Source of the DNA: Ruditapes philippinarum
Taxonomy: Eukaryota
Assembly: GCF_026571515.1 (NCBI RefSeq)
Contig: NW_026864815.1
Location: 1-64,000 of the forward strand
Direction of reading: 5' to 3'
Length of the DNA: 64,000 nucleotides
In this document: one piece after another, positions 14,017-26,400 of the stretch
Layout of the letters: each line of letters opens with the position of its first letter
Numbering within the stretch: the stretch's first letter is position 1
Made by a program: the position numbers and the translations under genes
The notes under the pieces: generated by a model
Seen by the model: only the letters and a program-made list of their open reading frames with translations
The model's database searches: none
What the model was told of the DNA's origin: nothing

Positions 14017-14150
14017 TTGATTGATTGATTGATTGATTGATAAAGTTTTATTTAAGTCACATAAACACAGTAAACTGTAAAGGGTTATATACCAATTTTC
14101 CAGTTTTGTTAGTAGAGGAAGACCCCTTTTTGCATTATTTCAGACACCTA
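14017..14150 (-). mobile_element. SINE 3' fragment with (AATC)n tail
   Basis: GAGGAAGACC...GCATTATTTCAG is the reverse complement of the SINE body; adjacent (TTGA)n. Confidence 0.55.
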
Positions 14151-14176
14151 AATAGAATTCAAGGAGGTTATATTAC

Positions 14177-16224
14177 TTTTATACGCCCGTTTGAAAAACG
14201 GGACGTATTATGGGAACGCCCCTGGCGGGCGGGCGGCGGTCGGGCGGGCGGGCGGTCGGGGCGGGCGGCGGCGGGCGGCGTCCAATTTTGTCCGGAGCAT
14301 ATCTCCTACATGTATGGAGGGATTTTAATGAAACTTCATATAAATGTTCACCACTATGAGGAGCAGTGTCGCGCACATGAACCAGGTCTCTAGGTCAAAG
14401 GTCAAGGTCACACTTAGAGCTCATTGAAAAATGCTTGTCCGGAGCAAAACTTCCACATGTATAGAGGGATTTCAATATTACTTGGCACAAATGTTCAACA
14501 TTGTGAGGCGGAGTGTCGCGTGCAAGATTCAGGTCCTTGCGGCCAAGGTCAAGGTCACACTTAGAGGTCAAAGTTCAGATAAAAATATGAAGATGTGTAT
14601 ATGGACCATTTAGTCATCATTTATTGAGGGATTGTAACACAAATGGTCATTATCAAGACTATGGCTGTGATACATATAATTTAGGTCAATATATACAAGG
14701 TCAAGGTCACTAAAGATGATGAAATATCCAGATTTTGTAAATAGAATTTAATCAAAGGGAGACAACAAAGTTATTACTTTGTTCATAAATGACTTACACA
14801 ATTACTCCCCTTGATCTATTTTCTAAAAATAGAATTTAATCAAAGGGCATGAAAGAATCCTCTTTCTTGGACTTGAGTATGTTGTAAAGAATGTAACATT
14901 TATTTACACATGTTTCATTCATTGGTCAAGATACTTAACTGTGATAACTATGGTGTTCTGTAGACTTGGTATTTGTTCATAAAGATCATACAGTAATTAC
15001 CTTATCAAATGTAAATACTTTCTCATAGAAATTTAATTATATTTTAATTTTCAAGTAAATATCAGTTCAGCTCATTCAAAGATTAAGAATTGTAATGAAA
15101 TGTATTTCCCTAGAATAAAATCTTAAATCAGAATTTTTTAGTTATTAAATTACATGTACTTTTTATACGCCCGTTTAAAAAAAGATAAAAATATGAAGAT
15201 GTGTATAGAGACGATTTAATCATCATTTATTGAGGGATTGTAACACAAATGGTCATTATAATGACTACGGCTGTGACACATGTACTTTAGGTCAATATAT
15301 GCAAGGTCAAGGTCACTAAAGATGGTGAAATATCCAGATTTTGTCTGGAGCATATCTCCTACATGTATGGAAGAATTTTTATAATACTTTATGGAAATGC
15401 TCACCACCATGATATGTATTGCTCCATGCATGATCCAGGTCTCCAGGTCAAAGGTCAAGGTCACACTTAGAGCTCATTGAAAAACGCTTGTCCGGAGCAA
15501 AACTTCTACATTCATAGGGGGTTTTCAATATAACTTGGCACAAATGTTTTTCATTGTGAGGCTGAGTGTCGCATGCAAAATTCAGATCCCTGCGACCAAA
15601 GTCAAGGTTACACATAGAGGTCAAAGTTCAGATAAAAATTTGAAGATGGTTATAGGGACCATTTAGTCATCATTTATTGATGGATTGTAGCACAAATGGT
15701 AACTATCATGACTACAGGTGTTGCACATTTAATTTAGGTTAATATTTGCAAGGTCAAGGTCACTGGAGATGATTAAATATCCAGATGTTGTCCGGAGCAT
15801 ATTTTCTACATGCATGGAGGAATTTTAATGTTACTTTTATAGAATTGTTCACCACCATGAGACGTAGTGCCCTGCACATAAATCAAGTCTCTAGGTCAAA
15901 GGTGAAGGTCACAGTTAGAGCTCATAGAAAAACACTTGTCTGGAGCAAAACTTCTACATGCATAGAGGGATTTCAATATAATTTGGCACAAATGTTCATC
16001 ATTGTGAGGCTGAGTGCCGTGCATAAAATTCAGGTCCCTGCGACCAAGGTCAAGGTCACACATTCTGTGCATATCTTCCCTATTGATTTGTTTTAAGGTT
16101 CATTTAACAACACAGTGCCAAGAATAAAAACTTGCTTGCTAGATAACACTTATCCATAATGCCCCCATCTCCATCTAAAGCTTTTTCGTAAACGGGCGTA
16201 TTTTGTGACTATGGCACCCTTGTT
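14177..16224 (+). mobile_element. Compound HINE/Pearl-like element
   Basis: TTTTATACGCCCGTTT start (repeated at ~15160), (GGGC/GGC)n microsatellite, GGTCAAGGTCAC-bearing cores, AAACGGGCGTAT partner and CTTGTT end. Confidence 0.85.
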
Positions 16225-16619
16225 TACAGTGTGTTTGGTTAAAGACTGAAGGAACAAAATCAATCCAGGGATCATAGAGGGATAAAATCTTAGTCTAGAC
16301 AGAACTAAATGGTCACAATAATGATGATGTTATCAGCCGCCTGATTATTGCAGGATGATTGACAGTGATGATTGGCAGCCTTAATCCCTTACCTAGACTG
16401 TTGCAGCTGCTCTCTCTAGTATCTCCGCACAATTTTTGAACAGTTTAACAAAGAGTTTTTTTTCTTAGGTTTTGCTTGTCTGTGTATTAAAATGACACTT
16501 GCTGCATTCATTCTTCAAGCTTATGAGTTTAAATTAAGTCCATTAACCAATGCTTGCGTGATGTGATGACAAAGTTACAGCCACGTTAAGACTCAATTCA
16601 TATACTTATTTTATTCTCC

Positions 16620-16743
16620 TCAGTGGTTCTACTATAGTGCCCCATTTATGTGCCTGAAATAATGCACGGAGAACCACCTGAGGTCTTCCTCCACCAGTAA
16701 AACTTGAAAGTGTTGGTGCAACATAAAACTAAGAAAAAAAACA
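16620..16743 (+). mobile_element. 5'-truncated SINE fragment
   Basis: GTGGTTCTACT...GCCTGAAATAATGCACGGA...CACCTGAGGTCTTCCTCCACCAGTAAA. Confidence 0.75.
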
Positions 16744-17827
16744 ATATATAAAGTTTTGAGTTGTAACTGTAGATACATTATTTTGTATGGTATTTATTAA
16801 CTATTACAAATCGCTATGATCAGTGAAACAAATAAATCATATATTAAATTGTGAATCAGTAATTTGCATAAATATGCCTACCACTGTTCACATAAATATG
16901 TCATTAACCTAACAGTCAAACACTGTATACATGTATTTCTCACTCAGTCATGTATTTTAGCAATGTGTTTAAATGCTTGAACTAGCCTTGTTCTGTACAT
17001 ACAACAGTTCGGGAAATTTTCTACAAGATAAAATAGACAGATCAGCAGGAATTTCTAGTGAAAGCTGGTGTGAAAATATTTTATTAGTCATTAAGTGACC
17101 TTGGGCTGGCGTAGGTTTATTCACTGTAAAGAAGTGATAACATTCTCGGATAGATATTTACTTGGTGCAGATAGTCAGTTGGTACATCTCTCTTTTTGAT
17201 ATGGAGGGTGGTTTTAATGGTGAATAAAAATATAAATATCTTGTAACATCATTGTTTGGAATACAACACTGTGTCAGATATACTGTAAGTATATTTTGTT
17301 AGGTAGTCAATATGAAATATTTTGTGTGTATACATATTTTACATAGTTTGAAGCACTTTTGCTTGAAGCAAATTAAATATTTTCCAATGTTTCTACTGTT
17401 TAACATATCATATGAGATTCAAAACAATTTTGCAGTTGGCCTCGAATTGTAATAATTATATATCTATGAGCAATTTTATCGATTTTTGATTCATATTGCA
17501 GTATAATTCAGTATGAAAATATGATTATTTCTTTGCATGAATCCTTTATCAAATCCCTGTCTGCCTCACAGTTGGAAGTTCTACATGGCTGCTTTGCCTG
17601 GTGTAAATGAGTAAATAGAAGTATAATTTTCAAACTGTGTGTGTACAATTTCAGGTGTATGTTTAATACCTGATTTTATTTGAAAGATACGTTTATGGGT
17701 TTGTTTTTTTTTCCCCAGATAGATTGAATTTTACTTGCCTAGCTTGCAGTTGCAATGAAATTATAATTAAAGATATGAAATGTTTAGATTCAAGGTTCTT
17801 ATTGTGCAGCAAAGCACATGTATATAT

Positions 17828-18040
17828 GAGCCGCGCCATGACAAAACCAACATAATGGGTTTGCGACCAGCATGGATCCAGACCAGCCTGCGCATCAGCG
17901 CAGTCTGATCAGGATCCATACTGTTCGCTTACAAACCCTATAACAAGTAGAGAAACTGATAGCGAAAACTGATAGCGCAGGCTGGTCTGGATCCATGCTT
18001 GTCGCAAACCCATTATGTTGGTTTTGTCATGGCGCGGCTC
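17828..18040. mobile_element. Fold-back MITE copy 2
   Basis: ATAT TSD on both sides; deletion in the right arm. Confidence 0.92.
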
Positions 18041-20308
18041 ATATTTGAAAACACAAACACTGTAGATTAATACATTACATCATAGTGGATAATTATATAG
18101 CAAGAACCACTTGTCAATATCACATAAGATTTGTTGAAAAAAGAATTTAATGTAAATATTTTTTGTTCCTTACATATACATTCTTGTCACTACATAATCA
18201 TGTCACTGCACATAGTCATGTCAAGTGAGTCAGTTTATCAATACAGTCTTATTGAACGTTTTGTATTTTTATCCAACTTTCCAAGTTTATGTATTTTTAT
18301 CCATACAATCATGTCATTTTCACATAATTACATTGCCACATTATGTCATCACTTTAGATTATAAAATCGGCCTTTTATTACACACTGTTTCAATTCATAG
18401 TTTAATTATGTTATTGCATACAGTAACGTAAAAAAAAAATCACATCCATATATCATTACAGCCTTACAAATGTTTGTTATTACATACTGTCATATTATTA
18501 CATAAAATCATGTCACTACAGACACATTTCAATCATGATAGTCATACAGTCATGTCTATTACACTGTCATATCATTGACTACTCTTTATCTGAAGTCATG
18601 TCTGTAGTCATGTCATTACATAGTTATAATCATGTCATAATCAAGTCATTCTTGTTTCTATGGACTTGTGAAGTAAACCCATTTCAAGGCCCAGTATGTT
18701 CTAGTCTTTTACGACTAGGTTTCCCATCTTTTAAAATAGTTCCCTGTTCTACTGTAGCTTCCTGTATATCATGTTTTATAAAGTTTGCAAGATAATGTTG
18801 CATATTGGTTAATAAGCTGAATTTATGAGGAGATGGAATTGTAGGGTGGCATTCTCATTTCTTAACAAAAACTTTCCAATCTTAGATTGTGTGTTGAGAT
18901 GGTTGTCTTATACATAAATGGTTATTAGTAGAAATAAGAAGACTGTCTTTGCTTAAAGAAATATAATGTAGGATATACAAAAGAAATTTAGCTGGCAAAA
19001 TCCTTGTGTTAGTCTTACACAGTCAAGACATTTCACACTTTTTACACTATTATGTCATTACACACAAGTTTTTTTATAATTGATCTAGTCATACTATGAC
19101 TTATTTCCACAGATATTATTTGCAGAATGTATAGAAATTAAATGTATTTATAGAACAACTTTATCATCAAAAATAGTTTTTCCCCTAAAACATATGGATA
19201 CAGTCTCAGGCTGCATAAAATGCTGATAATCAAATAAACTATCTATAGTTGCCATGAAATACTGTGGTATTTCACAATCGAGTACACATCTGGTGCATCA
19301 TCTGCTTTCCTTGAAGGTAAATTGATGCAATTTTAACGTGTAGCGTCAAAGAAATATTAATTTCGGGATGTTATTTGCATTGTTACCAAATTATGATCAC
19401 ATTTGTAATAATTGAATGCCTGCATACCTTTATTATTAAGATAAGCACAGCCAGTGGTTTTGTTGTTTGTGACGGCAGCAGCAGACGGAAAGATTGCAAG
19501 TGCTCAAGGCAATTTTTTTCATTTTATAAGCAGTTGACTCACTATTCATTTCCATATTTGTGAATTATTTCTTATGCAGTTGTCTGCACCATCATGACAA
19601 CTGATTTTGATATGTCAAAGGGCTAAGCTGTGTTTAGACATGCGTCACTTTTTGGGTGCGAAATCAACAGCCGACTTGAAAAGGCAGACAGAAACATCTG
19701 TCCTCCATGCTGTTGGTATTTCCTAGGTGTGTTTGCAAAGATTTAGTAATGGTCCACTTGTCTTGAAAGAAATAAAAAGCTTTTAAAACAGTTTTAATAA
19801 TTTCATACATTTATTAGATATTGTAATTTTGATTTTGAGACCAAGGGTAGTAAGTCATGATGTGCATATTTTAAGAGTTATGATTATTTGTTAACTAAGA
19901 ACATTTTATAATTGTTATATAACATTATTTACATTAGATGATAACTGTTAAGATATTTGATGATTTGTTATAGCAACAAACACGTTTGATTATTTCCCTG
20001 TTGATTTAATCTGCATTTATAGACCTGCAGTGCACTCTTAGTATTATCAGTTCATTGTTAATTTTATGACAATTCTGCAAAAAAAACCAACAACAAAAAA
20101 ACAACAACAACAACTAATCAGAGTAGTCATCCTTAAATGATATGGACAGACTGCATCAAATTGATTTATACAATACTTATTTGGTTCTCAACTTCTGGGT
20201 TAAATGATAAAACTAGGGTTTTGGGATATATGATTTAGATTTTAGTTTAACAGCAATGAAATTATATATTTTCAGGTATTAGCTTAACCTGATCATCCCC
20301 AATCAACC

Positions 20309-20449
20309 ATGCAAGCCCCTCCCAACTTCCAGCCCCAGAATGTGAATCAAGGACGTAAGTTGCCACCAGCGGTAAGATCACGCTACAGAAAGTTTGACAT
20401 CTACCGGGACGTCACGCAGTTCTCATTCGTAGATAACCATGCCATTTTG
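20309..20449 (+). CDS. Coding exon 1 (MQAPPNFQ...VDNHAIL); the exon begins at 20276 with 33 nt of 5' UTR
   Basis: Acceptor ttttcag at 20275; ACCATG context; in-frame TAA at 20285; donor TTG|gtgagt. VDNHAIL is paralogous to VDDHAIQ in exon 8. Confidence 0.88.
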
Positions 20450-23400
20450 GTGAGTATACAGTTAGATATTTATCAGTTATTGATTTGTGAAATTTTTAAT
20501 GTTTAGAGTTTATAAATGCTATTGTGAACCTGTTGTCCTACTGATAAAACTTCAATTATGTCCAGTTTTAAATAGAGGATATTGAATGAGTGTAGGTTTA
20601 ATACTAAATTTATTGAACGAGTTGAATAAAATCATATTAGTGCGACCAGTACTTTGGGTGATTTCATATTGTTTTTTTCACTGTTTAATTCAATTTAGTA
20701 TTGAATTCTACAGATTGTCAATTTCTATTTAGTCACATATTTAGTTCAAAATTGAAGGTTTAATACTTGTTGTCATAGGTTATTTTTTTTGACGCGCTAT
20801 AGTGTACGCTAAGCATTTTAGTAGCGCTTTAATATTGTTTATAGTGCACCAATTGTACATTTGCATTGTCAATTGTGTTTTTAACTAGTGTTTAAAATGT
20901 CTAGTGTTCATATTGCGCATCTTTTATTTAATTATGGCTTTATTTACATTTCCCTTTATGTTTTAAATTCGCTTTTATTGCTATTAGTGTTGCCATTTGT
21001 GGATTGTCATATTACTTGAGTGGTTTCATATTGTACACATTGCTAAATATTTGGTGTTGTCATATTGTAGTGTTTGTCATGTTGTAGTGTTTGTCATGTT
21101 GTAGTGTTGTCATATGACAGTGTTGTCATATTGTAGCATTGTGATATTGTAGTGTTGTCATGTTGTTGCATTGTCATATTGTAGCATAGTCATATTTTAG
21201 TGTTTGTTACATATTGTTCGTGTCTTGTTATATTTTAGCATTTGTCAGTGTAATAGCATTAATTGTTATATTGTCATATTATTGTTATATTGTAGCATTA
21301 TTGTTATATTGTCATTATTGTTATATGCTATGTATTGTAGCATTTGCTTCATATTGTAGCATTGCCATATTGTAGCATTGTCATATTGTAGTGTTTGTCA
21401 TATTGTAGTGTTGTGATATTGTAGTATTTGTCATATTGTAGTGTTGCCATATTGTAGGGTTGTCATATTGAAGTGTTTGTCATATTGTACCATTGCTATA
21501 TTTTAGTGTTGTCATATTGTAGTGTTGCCATATTGTAGCATTGTCATTATTAATTGTAGTGTTGTCATATTGTAGCATTGCTATATTGTAGTGTTGTCAT
21601 ATTGTAGCATTGCTATATTGTAGTGTTGTCATATTGTAGCATTGTCATATTGTAGTGTTGTCATATTGTAGCATTGCCATATTGTAGCATTGTCATATTG
21701 AAGTGTTGTCATATTGTAGCATTTGCTATATTGTAGTGTTTTGTCATATTGTAGTGTTTGTCATATTGAAGTGTTTGTCATATTGTAGCATTGTTATATT
21801 GCTAGGCCGTTGTCATATTGTAGTTGTTTTGTCATATTGAAGTGTTTGTCATATTGTAGTGTTGTTCATATTGCAAGTGTTTTGTCATATTGAAGTGTTT
21901 GCCGCTATTTTGTAGTGTTGTTGATTATTGACAGTGTTTGTCATATTTGAAGTGTTTGCCGTATTGTTAGTGTTGTGATATTGAAGTGTTTGTCATATGA
22001 AGTGTTTGCCATATTGTAGTGCTTGTGATATTTTGTTTGTCATATTGAAGTGTATGTCATTATTGTAGTGTTGTGATATTGAATGTTTGTCATATTGAAG
22101 TGTTTGTGAATATTTTTAGTTTGCATATTGAAGTGTTTGTTCAATCAAATTGAAGTTGTTTGCCATATTTTAGTGTTGTGATATTGAAGTGTTTGTCATA
22201 TTGACCAGTGTTTGTCATATTGTAGTGTTGTGATATTTGAAGTGCTTTGCTCATATTGAAGTGTTCGCGATATTGCTAGTGTTGTGATATTGAAGTGTTT
22301 GTCATATTGAAGTGTTTGTCATATTGTAGTGTTGTGATATTGAAGTGTTTGTCATATTGAAGTGTTTGTGATATTGTAGTGTTGTCATATTGAAGTGTTT
22401 GTCATATTGAAGTGTTTGCCATATTGTAGTGTTGTGATATTGAAGTGTTTGTCATATTGAAGTGTTTGTCATATTGTAGCATTTGTTATATTGTAGGGTT
22501 GTCATATTGAAGTGTTTGTCATATTGTAGTGTTTGTTATATTGAAGTGTTTGTCATATTGAAGTGTTTGTCATATTGTAGCATTTGTTATATTGTAGGGT
22601 TGTCATATTGAAGTGTTTGTCATATTGAAGTGTTTGTCATATTGAAGTGTTTGCCATATTGTATAGTTGTCATATTGAATTGTTTGTCATATTGAATTGT
22701 TTGTCATATTGAAGTGTTTGCCATATTGTAGCATTTGTTATATTGTAGGGTTGTCATATTGAAGTGTTTGTTATATTGAAGTGTTTGTCATATTGTAGCA
22801 TTTGTTATATTGTAGGGTTGTCATATTGAAGTGTTTGTCATATTGAAGTGTTTGTCATATTGAAGTGTTTGTCATATTGAAGTGTCTGTCATATTGTAGC
22901 ATTGTCATATTGTAGCATTGCCATATTGTAGCATTGTCATATTGTAGTGTTGTCATATTGTAGCATTGCTATATTGTAGCATTGTCATATTGTAGTGTTG
23001 TCGTATTGTAGCATTGCCATATTGTAGCATTGTCATATTGAAGTTAAAAGTGGGCTGTCACAACTTTCTATTAATGGCAAGTTTATAACTTTGATACGTT
23101 TTAAAACATTCATGTTTAATGGAAGACCAAACCACCTATGATTTCTGGGTCCATATTTTACTCTTAGTCTTCTGGTGGCAAAAGATCCTACCCATATGAC
23201 CAGTACAGACCAAGATCAGCCTTCACATCCTTTGTATCTAATTATGGTCTGCTCATTTCACTATTAAGTCACTACATATTTTGACATTTTCCCTTAAAAT
23301 GATTAATGGTTTTATCCAGAACGAAATATGGACAAGTACAGCCATTTAATATAGTAAGCATTATAAAATGCATTTAATTGTACAACTGTAAGATTAATTT

Positions 23401-26400
23401 TCTAACAAAGTGAATATTTTGTTACAGATAAAATGTCAAACATCAATTGTTTCCCTCTGGTAATTTAATTTATGTGATTAAATTGGCAGTCAGACTATTG
23501 AGATTTTCAGTGCTTCCCTTTTCAACATATAGGCAATTTGTCAAAATGTTATACCATGCAAAAAAGCTGAGAAATGAGTGTACTGTTTTATGAGGGTTAT
23601 TATGTCTAAATGGCAGAGTTTGGTAAAAGAATGTGACATCTGGTAACCATCTTCCATTAGGTTTGGTGCAGTATAGTGAGATGAAGACATAGCTTGGTAC
23701 GTTTTTTTCTTTTGCACATTCTGTAAATCATTGCAGACTGCAACAAGAAAAACAAGTTTATAATCTGACAGAATGTTTGAAGTTTTCTGAGAGTTTTAAT
23801 CATGTGTATGTGTTATCAAAGGCCATCTGTAGATCTTTTCTTGTTACCTCAGTGTTTCATCTATAAATATTGTGTAGAGAAAAAGTTTTGTGTGGTACAT
23901 TTTTTTTCTGCAACAGACACTCAGACACACAGGCAGCCTCCCTGCAGAATAATTATCCCAAATCAATAAATATTGATAGGTCTTTCACTTGTTTATTTAT
24001 AGACAAGCTGGAGATAATTGTATCTACTGGCAAATTGTAATAAAAGCTCTACAATAACTTGTTAGTAAACGAGATATTTTGACATGCCGAAAAGCAGTTT
24101 GAAAATTAAAATCTTCAAAAGCAGTGTTTATTGTGTGCATTAGCTTCAAAGTAAGAAGTTTAAAATTGTTGAATAAGCAAAGTTTTGTTCAGAATGTGCT
24201 AACAAGAAGAAAGTTCTATAATGTAGTGGCATGGCCGAGTGGTTAACACATCAGACTAGTAATCAAATGACCGCTAACCACATGATTTCAAATCCTGTCA
24301 AGGGCAAGTCTTTGTTTCCTTAACAGAACTTTTACACTTATTGCTCAGTACTGGTTGGTTCCAGAAATGGACTAGAAAGTGTGTCTATAAGCTACACAAT
24401 CAAGCTAAAAATTAATTGAAGTGAGATGTTTTTACCTTGCAGTATCATAAAAAAATGATCTGATTTATAACCTTTCACTGATGGTAATATGAACATTAAA
24501 CCTATGAATGTCAGTTAGACATTTGACTTATGAATGTCAGTGTGATATGTTACTTTAAGATAGTTGACCTATGAATGTCAGTGAAATATATTAGTTAGAC
24601 ATTTGACCTATGAATGTCAGTGCAATATATTAGACATTTGACCTATGAATGTCAGTGCAATATATTAGACATTTGACCTATGAATGTCAGTGAAATATAT
24701 TAGTTAGGCTTTTGAACTATGAATTTCAGTGTAATATGTTAGTTGGACATTTGACCTATGAATGTCAGTGCAATATATCAGTTAGACATTTGACCTATGA
24801 ATATCAGTGTGATATATTATTTAGGCATTTGACCTATGATTGTCAGTGTGATATATTATTTAGGCATATGACCTATGATTGTCAGTGCAATATATCAGTT
24901 AGACATTTGACATATTAATGTCAGCCCAATATCAATGAGAGTTTACATTAAAATGTCAGTGGAATATCTATTAAACATTTGACATTTATATTTCTGTGAG
25001 AGATTTAACATTGAAATGCCAGCTAGTATTCAATATCAGTGAGACATTTGAATTCCAGTGTGATATCTGTAAATTGCCTTTATTTGATATTGAGTGAAAT
25101 ATCAGTGAAACATTAGATAATAAGATGTTTGTAAGAAATTTGATGTTTTATTACCATAAAGAAAATATTTTTACTTTAATGAGTAATATGTAACTTTATT
25201 GTATCAGAGAATGTGTCAGATTTTAATGCTTCCAGTATCATTAAAAATGTAATTTCCTTGTATTCACAAGAAATAATTGTTTTTAAATAAGGGTCAGCTT
25301 TGATAAGATTTGTTAAATGAAAATTTAAAAAGAAATAGGAAATTAATGATATTCTTCCTGCAATCTAAGTAGATCTTACTTGTGACACATTCATAAAGCA
25401 TGTTTGCTTAAGTTATTTAAAACTTAAGTACTTCAAAAGCAGATTATGTATGGACATTTAAGATGTTCAATATATATTTTACACACACCCTTAGCCTGTT
25501 GGCGGCAACTGATTCTACCCATGGGGCATGTCCATAACAAGATTAACCAGCATCTGTCTGTCTGATAATAGTCTGCACTGTTGGCACATACTTTGAAATA
25601 TTTCCTAAAAATGATCAATAGTTTTCTCCATCTTTAGTATGGCAAGGGTTAAAGTTTCCAAAATATCTCTAAAGCTTTTGACTGTTGTATAATGTTACCA
25701 CTCCCAACTAAACAAATGTTTTTTGAAAGTCAACATAGAGATTTGTATAAAGCTTCACCCCCAAAAAAATGTAAAATATAAGTGGGTGGAAGAACACAAT
25801 TTATCACTGCAATTTCTTAGGCTCTTATCATTTATTTATTCAGATTAGATGGTTTCTCCTGCTGGTTTTGATAATACCAGTGAATCTTATAAATATTTGC
25901 CTCTAAAATTCACCTGAGTTTACAGAGCAGGTAGCTCAATTGAGGTCACATAATCTCTGATCTCTTCTTTTTTTTTCATTGTTAGTTTATTGAAATCAAA
26001 TCTGGAAAAAAAATTATGTAAACATTATATTATTGATGTTAATCATTTGATGGGTTGTGAAAGGCTTAGTTTACAGTGTTCAGCTGGCACTAGTTGCTGG
26101 ATAAACTTAATCCTTTGAGCCCTAGCCTCTATCATATCATTATAAAAGTGTAAGGCCAGTTTACAAGTTTATGCAGTACCAGGTATTCACTTTTTGCAAT
26201 ATATTTCAGCATTTGGAACTGAAACCCCTTAAACTAGAAAGGAATGTTAAAAATCAAAGCTTTGCACATTAGTTCAGGTGCAATACTGCTTTGAATACAC
26301 GAAAAGACATTTTGGTTCTTCTTTCACTGGTTAAAGCTTGAAAGCTGCTGTACAGCCTTAAAAAATTTGATGTCACGCTTTAATGGTATAAAGCTATATA

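Noticed and set aside
14037-14393. 118-aa Gly/Arg-rich ORF and its Pro-rich antisense ORF
   Set aside because: Derived from the GC-rich microsatellite at a HINE 5' end.
24712-24918. Cys/His-periodic ORF resembling a metal-binding repeat protein
   Set aside because: Translation of a 39-bp minisatellite phase; the 35-bp units break the frame and there is no splice support.
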